Of a stretch of DNA of 57,512 nt, positions 18,676 through 27,957 are shown piece by piece (the first letter of the stretch is position 1; the number at the start of each line of letters is the position of its first letter). The notes beneath the pieces are model-generated. The model saw nothing but the letters and a program-made list of their open reading frames with translations, made no database searches and had not been told where the DNA came from. The stretch is from Acidimicrobiia bacterium (GTDB lineage: Bacteria; Actinomycetota; Acidimicrobiia; IMCC26256; JACDBD01): positions 1-57,512 of the forward strand of contig DASPXI010000065.1 of the NCBI GenBank assembly GCA_035637335.1. Direction: 5' to 3'. Made by a program: the position numbers and the translations under genes.

Positions 18676-20876
18676 AGTCCGACCTCCGCGGGCGCGCGTT
18701 CGGCGGCTTCCTCAGCCGCCTCGCGCACGGGCTCCGGCACGGGTTCCTCGGGCGCGCGCACATCGGCCACCAAGCTGGGGACGACGAGCCGGCGGCGCTC
18801 GGCGACTTGACGGAGGAGCCAGTCGCGTACGTCGTAGAGCACCGAGCCGAGACCGCCGGGCAGGACCATGAGGATCAGCAGCACTCCGGCTCCGGTCGCC
18901 AGGAACTGCCATTGCCCGGGCAGGAAGTACTCGGTGCCCCAGATGTACGCCGCGCCCAGCAGCACCCCCGGCATCGAACCCAGCCCGCCGATCACGACCA
19001 TCGAGAAGACGCGGAGGCTCTCCGCGGGGAGATAGAGATTGCCTGCGCCGACCTGGAGCCCGGTCTGCTGGTGCACGAACAGCACGCCTGCCACCGCGGC
19101 CAGGAAACCCGAGAGCGCGAAGCCGGCGAGCTGGGTGCGGGTCGCGTTGACTCCGTAGGAGCGCGCGGCGGCGTCGTTCTCGCGGATGGCGATGAGGACT
19201 CGCCCGGTGCGGCTCCGGCGCACACCGCGGACCGCGATGAGCATCAACCCGAGGACGACGAGGCAGAGGAAGTAGAAGCGGGTCTCGGTTTCGATGTCGA
19301 ACCGACCGAAGAGCGGCAACCGGTCGATCCGGAAGCCTGGCAACCATTGCCCGGGGAGGGACAGCGGAGCAGTGCCGTTGTCGCCGAAGAGCTCCTGGTT
19401 GAGTACGAACGAGGAGACGAACAGCGCGAACGCGAGTGTGCTGACCGCGAGCGTGAGACCCCGCCGGCGCAGCGCCGGGTAACCGACGACGATCGCCGCC
19501 AGCGCGCCGGCGGCGCCGCCGGCGAGGAGCCCGATCGACAGGTCGGAGTTCATGTGGTCGGTCATCGCGCCGCCGACGGCCGCGCCCACGCCCGCGAAGC
19601 CCATCTGGCCGAGGCTGACCTGCCCCGCCCAGCCGGTCAGCACGACGAGCGACAAGCCGATCATCCCGAAGATCACGATCACGGCCGCGAGGTTGATGCG
19701 GCTCTCGTCGAGCCACAGAGGGAGCGTCACGAGGAACGCCGCGACCGCGGCGCCGAGCGCCCACTTCGCTACGCGGACCTCGGGGAGCCGGACCAGCTCA
19801 CGCGGGATCGGCCGCACCTCACGAGCCGCCTGCCACGTGGAGACATCCTCAGGCCCGACGCGGCCGCGACCAGCACGCCGGGCCATCAGCAGCGCCCCGA
19901 GAATGACGAGGAACAGGATGGCGTCGTTGTACGCGGGGCTGTTGCCGGGCTGGAATGTGATGGCTTTGTCCAGGATCCCGAGCCCGACCGCGGCGGCGGC
20001 GATGACACCGAACCGCTCCATCCGGCCGATCACGACCGCGGCGAGCGCCTGGAGCAGGAACGTCGGGCCCAGGACCGTGCCGATGGGCAGCCCGACTGCC
20101 CCCGCGCGCAGCCACATCCCCAAGAACGCGAGCACGGTTGCGACCGTCCACACGATCGTATGGAGGCGCCGCACCGGGATGCCGAGCGTCGCCGCCCGGT
20201 CGGCGCGCTCGGCGCTCCCTCGCACGGCTACGCCGATGTTGCTGAACCGGAGCCAGACCGCCAGTGCCACGAACGCGATCGGGATCGTCACCATCGCGAT
20301 CACGTCGTTGCCGTTGAAGATTGTGCTCCCGACCTGGAACTTGACCGAGAACGGCGGTTCGAGGCGGTTGCTCTGGAAGTCCTCGCCGAACGCCTGCGCC
20401 AGGAACAGGCCACCGCCGATAAGGACCTGGGAGAGCCCGATCGTCGCGACCGTCAGGATCAGCCGGGGGGCGCGGAAGAAGCGCCGGATGATCAGGGTCT
20501 CCACCAGCACCCCGAGGACGATCGCGGCGACGAGTCCCGTCGTCAGGGCGAGGAAGTAGTTGACGCCCAGGCTGATCACCAGCAGCGCCCCCAGCGTGGC
20601 CGGGACCTGGCCCAGGTCGCCCTGGGCGAAGTTGATGATCCGGTTCGCCCGGTAGATCAACGCGATGCCGAGCGCGATGAGCGCGACACGGCCACCGCCG
20701 ATGGCGCCGTCGAGGATCACGCCGTTGGGGGCCGGGAACGGCTCGACGCGCACCGCGAGGATCAGCAGCCCGATGGGTAGGGCGTAGGCGAGCAGGTGAC
20801 CGAGCCACTCGAAGTCCGAGAGCCGGGTGCGGACAGGCAACGACGCGCCGGTCGTATCACTCATCGGAGCACCCAT
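18672..20876 (-). CDS. Fused LivH-LivM type ABC permease
   Basis: IINFAQG, GWAGQVSLGQ, TGRVLIAIREN and VIGGLGS motifs; alternative start ATG 20864. Confidence 0.9.
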   Translation of the reverse strand: MGAPMSDTTGASLPVRTRLSDFEWLGHLLAYALPIGLLILAVRVEPFPAPNGVILDGAIGGGRVALIALGIALIYRANRIINFAQGDLGQVPATLGALLVISLGVNYFLALTTGLVAAIVLGVLVETLIIRRFFRAPRLILTVATIGLSQVLIGGGLFLAQAFGEDFQSNRLEPPFSVKFQVGSTIFNGNDVIAMVTIPIAFVALAVWLRFSNIGVAVRGSAERADRAATLGIPVRRLHTIVWTVATVLAFLGMWLRAGAVGLPIGTVLGPTFLLQALAAVVIGRMERFGVIAAAAVGLGILDKAITFQPGNSPAYNDAILFLVILGALLMARRAGRGRVGPEDVSTWQAAREVRPIPRELVRLPEVRVAKWALGAAVAAFLVTLPLWLDESRINLAAVIVIFGMIGLSLVVLTGWAGQVSLGQMGFAGVGAAVGGAMTDHMNSDLSIGLLAGGAAGALAAIVVGYPALRRRGLTLAVSTLAFALFVSSFVLNQELFGDNGTAPLSLPGQWLPGFRIDRLPLFGRFDIETETRFYFLCLVVLGLMLIAVRGVRRSRTGRVLIAIRENDAAARSYGVNATRTQLAGFALSGFLAAVAGVLFVHQQTGLQVGAGNLYLPAESLRVFSMVVIGGLGSMPGVLLGAAYIWGTEYFLPGQWQFLATGAGVLLILMVLPGGLGSVLYDVRDWLLRQVAERRRLVVPSLVADVRAPEEPVPEPVREAAEEAAERAPAEVGL

Positions 20877-20946
20877 TCCCCCCTCTGCGCGCTCGCGGAA
20901 ACGTTAGGTTTTCCAGGTCGAGCGCATGCCGCGCCCGACCTGGGTG

Positions 20947-21864
20947 TTACCCGCTGCCCGGTGTGTACCCGACGAAGTCGACTATCGCCCGTGCGAGCTC
21001 CTCGCCGCGGTCCTCTTGCAAGAAGTGCCCGGCGCCGCGGATGGTCGTGTGCGGCCTTCCGCCCGCCCCCGGGATGTCGGACTGGAGCACGCTGTCAGCG
21101 CCCGCGGAAATCCGGTCCGAGTCGCTGAACGCGGTCAGGAACGGCTTGTCCCAGCGGCGCAGCACCTCCCACGCCCGACGGTTCGGCTCGGCCGCCGGGT
21201 CGTCGGGCGCGGTCGGCACGAGCACAGGAAATTGGCGAGCGCCCCCCTTGTAGGTCTCGTCCGGGAAAGGCGCGTCGTAGGCGGCGATCACTTCGGGGGG
21301 AAGGTCGGTCGTGCAACCGCCGTTCACGATCCGACCCACGGGGAACGTCTCGGTCTCCTGCGAGAACTTCTGCCACGCGAGGAACGCGTCGCCCGGATGG
21401 CGGTCGCCGGTAGGGAGGAACGTATTGGCGGCGATGACGCGCGCGAACCGGCTTTCGTCCTCGGCGACAAGGCGCAGCCCGATGAGGCCGCCCCAGTCCT
21501 GACCGGCCAGCGTGATGCGATTGAGACCGAGCTGCTCGACCACGGCACGCATCCAGTCGACGTGGCGCTGGTACGTGTAGTCGGTTCGCTTGGCGGGCTT
21601 GTCGGAGCGGCCGAAGCCGACGAGGTCGGGCGCGACGGCCCGGAGGCCGGCGTCGACGAGAATCGGGATCATCTTGCGGTACAGGAAGCTCCACGACGGC
21701 TCGCCGTGCAGCAGGAGTACCGGTTCGGCGTCTCGTGCGCCCTCGTCGACGTAATGGACACGAAGCGAACCACGCTCGGGATCGGGGACGTTGACGTAGT
21801 GGGGCGAGAAGGGGAAGCCGGGCAGGTCGGTGAAGCGCTCGTCGGGCGTGCGGAGCGCGTCCAT
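20947..21864 (-). CDS. Haloalkane dehalogenase (alpha/beta hydrolase)
   Basis: LRTPDERF, LLHGEPSWSFLY, GQDWGG nucleophile elbow and AGHFLQED; ATG 21864 overlaps the TetR stop. Confidence 0.93.
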   Translation of the reverse strand: MDALRTPDERFTDLPGFPFSPHYVNVPDPERGSLRVHYVDEGARDAEPVLLLHGEPSWSFLYRKMIPILVDAGLRAVAPDLVGFGRSDKPAKRTDYTYQRHVDWMRAVVEQLGLNRITLAGQDWGGLIGLRLVAEDESRFARVIAANTFLPTGDRHPGDAFLAWQKFSQETETFPVGRIVNGGCTTDLPPEVIAAYDAPFPDETYKGGARQFPVLVPTAPDDPAAEPNRRAWEVLRRWDKPFLTAFSDSDRISAGADSVLQSDIPGAGGRPHTTIRGAGHFLQEDRGEELARAIVDFVGYTPGSG

Positions 21865-22460
21865 CAGCCTTCGCGCAGGCAGGCCCGGAGCGTATCGGCG
21901 ACGATCTCGCGCGCCCCGTCCGCGGACTGGTCGTAGTGGAGCCGCAGCGTTTCCCACACGGCCGCGCTCGACAGCAGGTCGAGCTCGACGACGAGGCGTT
22001 CACGCTCGGCGCGCTCGCGGCGGGCGAGCTCAGCGCCGAAGACGAGTTCGATCTCGGCGCGGGACAGCTTGCGCGCCAGCGCGAGCACCTCGGCGAGCGC
22101 GGGCGAGAACGGCTCCTGCAGCACGGCCGCCCGCCGCACCTGCGCCGACGCCTCGTGGATGCGCGCCCGCTGCCGGGTGAAGAGGTCGAGCCGAGTCTCG
22201 AGCGGACCGTGGTCGGGGATGCGCTCGATGAGGTCGCGCACGCGCTCGAAGTGGCGGTGCGCGGCCGCGGTGAAGAGGTCCTCGAGGTCGTCGAAATGGA
22301 CGTATACCGACCGAAGCGAGACACCAGCGCGCTCGGCGACCTGGCGCGCCGTGGGCCGGAAGTTGCCGTCGTCGAGGAGGGACAGAAGCGCTTCCACCAC
22401 GGCGTCACGGGTGCGGGCGGCGCGCGCCGAGCGCCCATCGGTGAGACTGGTGGCCGCCAC
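21864..22460 (-). CDS. TetR/AcrR family transcriptional regulator
   Basis: DGRSARAARTR...PTARQVAERAGVSLRSVYVHF helix-turn-helix. Confidence 0.92.
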   Translation of the reverse strand: MAATSLTDGRSARAARTRDAVVEALLSLLDDGNFRPTARQVAERAGVSLRSVYVHFDDLEDLFTAAAHRHFERVRDLIERIPDHGPLETRLDLFTRQRARIHEASAQVRRAAVLQEPFSPALAEVLALARKLSRAEIELVFGAELARRERAERERLVVELDLLSSAAVWETLRLHYDQSADGAREIVADTLRACLREG

Positions 22461-22480
22461 GAACGCGAACGATATTGTTC

Positions 22481-22497
22481 TTTCACTAGGTGTGCAA
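22481..22497. promoter_or_regulatory. Candidate TetR operator between divergent tetR and serine hydrolase genes
   Basis: TTTCAC-TAGGT-GTGCAA imperfect palindrome in an AT-rich intergenic patch. Confidence 0.4.
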
Positions 22498-22539
22498 TAC
22501 AGGGTTCAGAGCTACGCCGCCGCGCGGGGGAGAGCGGGA

Positions 22540-23700
22540 ATGGCCGACGGTACGTGGGAGCCAGCGTTCGACGAGGTGGTCTCGACCCTCGAGGCGCAAG
22601 TCGTGGAGAGCGGCGGCGGCGCCGCCCTGTGCGTGTACCACCACGGACGGCCGGTCGTCGACGCGTGGACGGGCGTGACCGACACGTCGGGATCACCGTG
22701 GCGGGAGGACACCCTCGCCGTGTCGTACTCGACGACCAAGGGCGTGACGTCTACTGCCCTCCACCTGTGCGTGGACCGGCAGCTCCTCGACTACGACGAT
22801 CGCGTCGCCGAGCACTGGCCCGAGTTCGCGCAGAACGGCAAGGACACCATCACGGTGCGCCAAGTGCTCTGCCACGAGGCCGGCCTGTACGACGTGGCGT
22901 CGTTCCTCGAGCGGCGCGAGCAGATCTTCGACTGGGACGCGATGGTCGCCGGCCTCGAGCGGATGACGCCCGCGCACGAGCCCGGCACCAACAACGGTTA
23001 CCACGCCGTGACGTTCGGGTTCATCGTGGGCGAGATCATTCGGCGAGTGTCGGGGCTCGGCATCACCGAGTTCGTCCGCACGGAGATCGCCGAGCCGCTC
23101 GCGCTCGACGGCTGCCACATCGGGTTGCCGCGCGAAGAGTTCGGACGGCTCGCGCAGACCGTCTCGGCGCCCGACGCCGGCGAGCTGACGCGCGACCCCA
23201 CCGCGATGCTGCGCGTCGCCGAGCGCCTCGGGCTCACGCTCCATCCCGAGCTCATCGCGGCCGCGCTGCCGCCGTCGATCCTCGCGCCGAGTGATGATCA
23301 GGCGTGGCTCGAGCAGCCGATGCCGTCTGGCAACGGGTGCTTCACCGCGCGCTCGCTCGCGCGCATGTACGCGTGCCTGGCTGGCGGTGGCGAGCTCGAC
23401 GGGGTGCGCCTGCTGTCCGACAAGACGATCGCGCGCGCCATCGAGCCGCAGAACAACCGCCCCGACCTGATCCTCGGCTTCCCGATGCAATGGCGCCTCG
23501 GCTACCACGGCGTGCTCACGTCGGCGGGCGTGCTCGAGCGCGGCTTCGGTCACAACGGTTACGGCGGCTCGGGTGCGTGGGGCGACCCGGATCGCGAGCT
23601 CGCGGTCGGCTACACGATCAACGCGCTCGGCAAGAACCTCGCCGGCGACACGCGGTTCATGGACCTGGGCGGCGAGGTGGTGCACGCGGCCGGGAACTGA
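22540..23700 (+). CDS. Serine hydrolase, beta-lactamase/family VIII esterase type
   Basis: SxxK (YSTTKG), VLCHEAGL, GYHAVTFG and FGHNGYGGS motifs. Confidence 0.92.
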   Translation: MADGTWEPAFDEVVSTLEAQVVESGGGAALCVYHHGRPVVDAWTGVTDTSGSPWREDTLAVSYSTTKGVTSTALHLCVDRQLLDYDDRVAEHWPEFAQNGKDTITVRQVLCHEAGLYDVASFLERREQIFDWDAMVAGLERMTPAHEPGTNNGYHAVTFGFIVGEIIRRVSGLGITEFVRTEIAEPLALDGCHIGLPREEFGRLAQTVSAPDAGELTRDPTAMLRVAERLGLTLHPELIAAALPPSILAPSDDQAWLEQPMPSGNGCFTARSLARMYACLAGGGELDGVRLLSDKTIARAIEPQNNRPDLILGFPMQWRLGYHGVLTSAGVLERGFGHNGYGGSGAWGDPDRELAVGYTINALGKNLAGDTRFMDLGGEVVHAAGN

Positions 23701-23706
23701 TTCAGG

Positions 23707-23753
23707 TTTTGGCGTCGCTGTACCGGCTATATCCCGGCGCAGCGACGCCAAAA
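23707..23753. repeat. 47-nt REP-like stem-loop (copy B)
   Basis: TTTTGGCGTCGCTG ... CAGCGACGCCAAAA; outer 14 bp identical to copy A, different paired interior, 7-nt loop. Confidence 0.85.
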
Positions 23754-23815
23754 CCCCGAGAACCGGTGACCATCGTCACCTCGCCGGCCCGGTCTGACCG
23801 GGCCATGATGCGTAC

Positions 23816-24511
23816 ATGGCTTCGGAGCTGACCCTCGAGGCCCCGCCCAACCCGACCGTTCGTGTCACGTCCCGGTCGGGCAGCGTGTCGGTGACGGGGG
23901 AGGAGCGGACCGACGTCGTCGTCAGCGGGGCGCGGCGCGCCGAGGTTGGCTCGGACGGCTCGGTCGAGGTCAAGGCGGGGTCGGGCTCCGTCGCGGTGCG
24001 CTGTCCCGAGGGCAGCGACGTCATCATCGGCGCCGGCTCCGGCAACGTCGAGCTCCGCGGGCGGCTCGGCCACGCACGCGTGACCGTGGGCAGCGGGAGC
24101 ATCTCCGTCGATCATGTCGAACGCCTCGACGCCCGCACGGCTTCGGGCTCGTTCAAGGTCGCCGAGTGCACGGGGGAGTGCCGGCTCAAGACCGGCAGCG
24201 GCGGGATCAGCGTGATCCGAGCCGGCGCGGCCGACCTCGCGACAGGTTCCGGGTCGGTGGAGGCCGACCTGGTCGACAGCGCGTCCGTGAAGGCGGGCAG
24301 CGGCAACGTCGACGTCGGACTGGCCGGCGCGGGCCACCTCGACGTCAAGGCCTTGTCCGGATCCGTCACCATCAGCGTGCCTCGGGGCGCGCGACCCGCG
24401 ACACGGCTCAGGACCTTGAGCGGGAAAGTCGACAGCGAGCCCGCCGCCGGTCACGACGGCGAGATCCGGGTGAAGACGCTGAGCGGGAGCGTCCGGGTCA
24501 TCGAGCGGTGA
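23816..24511 (+). CDS. DUF4097-like beta-strand repeat protein
   Basis: Repeated (T/A/G)-x-SG-(S/N)-V motifs along the whole protein. Confidence 0.82.
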   Translation: MASELTLEAPPNPTVRVTSRSGSVSVTGEERTDVVVSGARRAEVGSDGSVEVKAGSGSVAVRCPEGSDVIIGAGSGNVELRGRLGHARVTVGSGSISVDHVERLDARTASGSFKVAECTGECRLKTGSGGISVIRAGAADLATGSGSVEADLVDSASVKAGSGNVDVGLAGAGHLDVKALSGSVTISVPRGARPATRLRTLSGKVDSEPAAGHDGEIRVKTLSGSVRVIER

Positions 24512-25032
24512 GCGCATCACCTGCCGGCACGGTCGTCTTCACGGACATTGTCGGCTTCACCGAGTTCACCGCCGAGCACGGTGACGAGCAGGCGCTCGCG
24601 CTGCTCGAGCGCCAGGAGCGCGTGGTGCGCGACGCGCTCCCGCGCGACGCCCGGGTCGTCAAGGATCTCGGTGACGGCTTCATGCTGTGGTTCCCGGAAG
24701 CCGTGAGCGCGGTGCAGGCGTGTCTCGCACTGTCGGAGCGGTTCGAGGAGGACGCCGCGACCGACGTGCCGCTGTGGGTGCGCGTCGGCATGCACTGGGG
24801 CTGCCCGACTCGACGGGGCGACGACCTCGTCGGCCACGACGTGAACATCGCATCGCGCATCGTGGACGTCGCCGGGCCCGGCGAGGTCCTGTTGTCGGAC
24901 CCCGTCCGGGAGCTCGTTGACGGACGGGTGCCGGACCTGCGGCTCGACGAGCTCGGCCCCGTCGTCATGAAAGGCATTCCGGACGCGGTTCGGCTGTACC
25001 GCGCCACCCTTCCGGAGTTCGGCGCTCGGTAA
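24508..25032 (+). CDS. Stand-alone class III adenylate cyclase domain protein
   Basis: FTDIVGFT, VKDLGDG, RVGMHWG and DLVGHDVNIASRI; GTGA overlap with the upstream gene. Confidence 0.9.
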   Translation: MSASPAGTVVFTDIVGFTEFTAEHGDEQALALLERQERVVRDALPRDARVVKDLGDGFMLWFPEAVSAVQACLALSERFEEDAATDVPLWVRVGMHWGCPTRRGDDLVGHDVNIASRIVDVAGPGEVLLSDPVRELVDGRVPDLRLDELGPVVMKGIPDAVRLYRATLPEFGAR

Positions 25033-25043
25033 CCTTCGCCCCG

Positions 25044-25556
25044 ATGCGCCGGTCTCGAGGCTTCGCGCTCGTGCTCGTGTGCACGGTGGCGGCGGTCGTG
25101 GCGTGCAGCGGCGGGCCCGAGACGCTCGACGGCAAGGATGTCGAGAAGACGATCGGCAAGCAGCTGCACAAGGACTTCGCCGGCGCGCCCATCGGCGCGA
25201 CGAAGTGCCCGAAAGAGATCAAGAAGAAGTCCGGGAAGCAGTTCGAGTGCACGGCCACCGTGGGTAGCGAGCCCGTCCCGTACACGGTGACACAGACAGA
25301 GAGGGACCCCGGCTACCGGGCCGTGCGTCAGGTCGCAGTCCTCGACGTGAGCAAGATCCAGAACTTCGTTCAGACGCAGTACGACCAGACCGTGGGCGTA
25401 CAGGTGACCGCGGCGTGCGCGCCGGGCAAGACGGTGCTGGCGGCGAAGCCGCAGACGACGATCCCGTGCACCGTGACCGACGCCGTGGGAACGACCGACA
25501 CCGTTCAGGTGCAGGTCAACGACATCAGCGGCAACATCTCGATCGGCACGATCTAG
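25044..25556 (+). CDS. Lipoprotein with two DUF4333-like repeats
   Basis: Lipobox VVAC; two C-P-x(n)-C-T repeats. Confidence 0.7.
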   Translation: MRRSRGFALVLVCTVAAVVACSGGPETLDGKDVEKTIGKQLHKDFAGAPIGATKCPKEIKKKSGKQFECTATVGSEPVPYTVTQTERDPGYRAVRQVAVLDVSKIQNFVQTQYDQTVGVQVTAACAPGKTVLAAKPQTTIPCTVTDAVGTTDTVQVQVNDISGNISIGTI

Positions 25557-25573
25557 CGCCCGGATGAGGTGCG

Positions 25574-27196
25574 CTAGCGGTTGACGAGCTTGGCGCCCCG
25601 GTCGCGGAGCTCGTACTTGAGCACCTTGCCCATCGCGTTCAGCGGCAGGGCGTCGACGATCTCCACGTAGCGCGGCGCCTTGTAGTTGGCCATCTCGTAG
25701 CGACACCAGGCCATGAGCTCCTCGGCCGTTGCCTGCACATCCGGCCGCAGCACGACGAAGGCCATCCCCACCTCGCCCATCCGGTCATCGGGAACGCCGA
25801 CCACCGCCACCTGGGCGACGTTCTCGTTGCGGAGCACGAGGTTTTCGATCTCGGCCGGGTAGGCGTTGAAGCCGCCGACGATGAACATGTCCTTCGTGCG
25901 GTCGGTGATGCGCAGGTAGCCGCGCTCGTCCATCACGCCCACATCACCCGTGTGCAGCCACCCGTCGGCGTCGAGGGTCGCCGCCGTCTCCTCGGGCTCG
26001 TCGAGATAGCCGAGCATGACGTTGTAGCCGCGGATCACGACTTCACCCGGTTCACCGCGCGGCACCTCCGTGCCTTGCTCGTCGACGACGCGCACCTCGA
26101 CACCCGGGATCGCCCGGCCCGATGTGTTCGCGATGGTCTCGGGATCGTCGTCGTACCGGCACATCGTGGCGATGCCGCACGCCTCGGTGAGGCCGTAGCC
26201 GGTGATGATCGTCTCGAACGTCAACTCCTTCCGCATGCGCACGATCAGCTCGACGGGGATCGCGGCCGCGCCCGTCACCGAGAGCCGCAGGCTCGACAGG
26301 TCGTGCTCGTCGCGTGCGGGATGGTTGAGGATCGTCTGGTACAGCGTCGGCGGGCCGGGCAGCACGGTGACGCGGTCGCGTGGTACGCGCGCCAGCACCT
26401 GCTCGGGGTCGAATACCGCCTGCGGGAGCACGGTGGCTCCCATCATCAGCGATGCCAGCCACCCCGCCTTGTACCCGAACGCATGGAAGAAGGGGTTGAC
26501 GATCAGGTAGCGATCGCGGTCGCGCAGCCCGACGACCTCGCTCCAGTCCCGGTACGCCCGCAGTGTCTGCGCGTGCGTGAGCATGGCTCCTTTGGGGTTC
26601 CCCGTAGTGCCCGACGTGAACAGGATGTCGGACAGGTCCTCCGGCTCCACCGAGAGCGCGCGCACACCCGCCTCCGCGCTGCCGACGGCGGAGCCGGCGG
26701 CGAGGAACTCGCGCCACGACCGAGTGCCGTCGGGCGCGGCGCCGCGCAGGACGACGGACGTCTCCAGGTCGGGGAGCTCAGAGGCGACGTCGACGGCGTC
26801 GCGCAGCAGCGCCACGTAGTCGGTGTCGAGAAACCCGGTGATTGTCACCAGCGCCTTGGCGCGCGACTTGCCGAGGATATACACGGCCTCGCGGCCCTTG
26901 AACCGCGTGTTCAGCGGGACGAGCACCCCGCCCGCCGATTGGAGCCCGAGCGCGGCGACGACCCACTCCCAGATGTTGGGGGCCCAGATCGCGACCCGGT
27001 CGCCCCGCTCGATCCCCACTGACATGAACGCGCGCGCGGCGTCGTGCGCGGCCGCCGCGAGCCCGGTGAACGAGAGGGACGTGCCATCGCTCACGTCTAC
27101 GATCGCCTCCCGTGCCGAGAAGCGATCCGCAGAGCTCCGGAGGAGATGGGGAATCGTGCCCCATTCGAGGTCGCCGCGGATGCCCGTCTCGCTCAC
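25574..27196 (-). CDS. FadD3-like acyl-CoA ligase
   Basis: FTSGTTGNPKG, NPFFHAFGYKAG, GYGLTE and KDMFIVGGFNAYPAEIE, typical of FadD3-family enzymes. Confidence 0.88.
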   Translation of the reverse strand: MSETGIRGDLEWGTIPHLLRSSADRFSAREAIVDVSDGTSLSFTGLAAAAHDAARAFMSVGIERGDRVAIWAPNIWEWVVAALGLQSAGGVLVPLNTRFKGREAVYILGKSRAKALVTITGFLDTDYVALLRDAVDVASELPDLETSVVLRGAAPDGTRSWREFLAAGSAVGSAEAGVRALSVEPEDLSDILFTSGTTGNPKGAMLTHAQTLRAYRDWSEVVGLRDRDRYLIVNPFFHAFGYKAGWLASLMMGATVLPQAVFDPEQVLARVPRDRVTVLPGPPTLYQTILNHPARDEHDLSSLRLSVTGAAAIPVELIVRMRKELTFETIITGYGLTEACGIATMCRYDDDPETIANTSGRAIPGVEVRVVDEQGTEVPRGEPGEVVIRGYNVMLGYLDEPEETAATLDADGWLHTGDVGVMDERGYLRITDRTKDMFIVGGFNAYPAEIENLVLRNENVAQVAVVGVPDDRMGEVGMAFVVLRPDVQATAEELMAWCRYEMANYKAPRYVEIVDALPLNAMGKVLKYELRDRGAKLVNR

Positions 27197-27215
27197 CGCG
27201 CGTCACCTCCCCCGT

Positions 27216-27233
27216 ATCTGACGGGTCGTCAGG
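27216..27233. promoter_or_regulatory. Palindromic operator ATCTGAC-N5-GTCAGG (site 1)
   Basis: ATCTGACGGGTCGTCAGG in the 55-bp gap between the divergent ligase and enoyl-CoA hydratase genes; motif recurs three more times. Confidence 0.7.
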
Positions 27234-27251
27234 CTATCGCCGGAGCACCAG

Positions 27252-27917
27252 GTGAGCGACCCACTCGTGCTGCGGACCGGCCCGGAGAACGGCGTCGCGA
27301 AGCTCACGCTGAACCGCGCCGAGAAGAAGAACGCGCTGTCGATCGCGCTGCGCGACGAGCTCTCCGACGCCCTGGACGCCCTCGCCGGCGATGAAGCGGT
27401 GAAGACCGTCGTGATCACCGGAGCCGGCGACGTCTTCAGCTCCGGCTTCGACCTGCGCGAGTTCCAGCAGCCCGAGCTGGCCGATCAGCTATGGGCCTCG
27501 AGCGATCGGTTTCACGCAACGGTGCTCCACTTCCCGTTACCGCTCGTCTCGGCCGTCAACGGCCCGGCGATCGCGGGCGGCTTCGACCTTGCGGTCATGT
27601 GCGACCTGCGCGTCGCCGCTGACACAGCGCGCTTCGCGCATCCCGAGATCGAGTTCGGCGACGTCGTGTACGGGCCATTGCACGACCTCGTCGGAGGGGC
27701 GGTGGCGCGTGACCTGTGCTTCACCGGCCGCGCCGTGGAAGCGCGGGAAGCCAATGCGCTCGGGCTCGTATCGAGCGTCGTGCCGTCCGGCGAGTTGATG
27801 GACGAGGTGACGCGCTTCACCGACCAGATCGTGCGGGCGCCCCGCGACGTGCTGCTCCGCACGAAGGCCAAGGCGACCCGGCGCGCCGGTGTCGTGGGCA
27901 AAACGCTCGACCTGTAA
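27252..27917 (+). CDS. Enoyl-CoA hydratase/isomerase family protein
   Basis: LTLNRAEKKNAL, FSSGFDL, AVNGPAIAGG and FAHPE motifs. Confidence 0.92.
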   Translation: MSDPLVLRTGPENGVAKLTLNRAEKKNALSIALRDELSDALDALAGDEAVKTVVITGAGDVFSSGFDLREFQQPELADQLWASSDRFHATVLHFPLPLVSAVNGPAIAGGFDLAVMCDLRVAADTARFAHPEIEFGDVVYGPLHDLVGGAVARDLCFTGRAVEAREANALGLVSSVVPSGELMDEVTRFTDQIVRAPRDVLLRTKAKATRRAGVVGKTLDL

Positions 27918-27957
27918 ATCCCCGCGCCGCCCCCTCGCCGCGAGTGAGGATGAGGCG

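Noticed and set aside
23860..24500. Recurrent GGCAGCGG/TCGGG-like motifs
   Set aside because: These reflect protein-level xSGS repeats of DUF4097; no CRISPR-like repeat-spacer periodicity.
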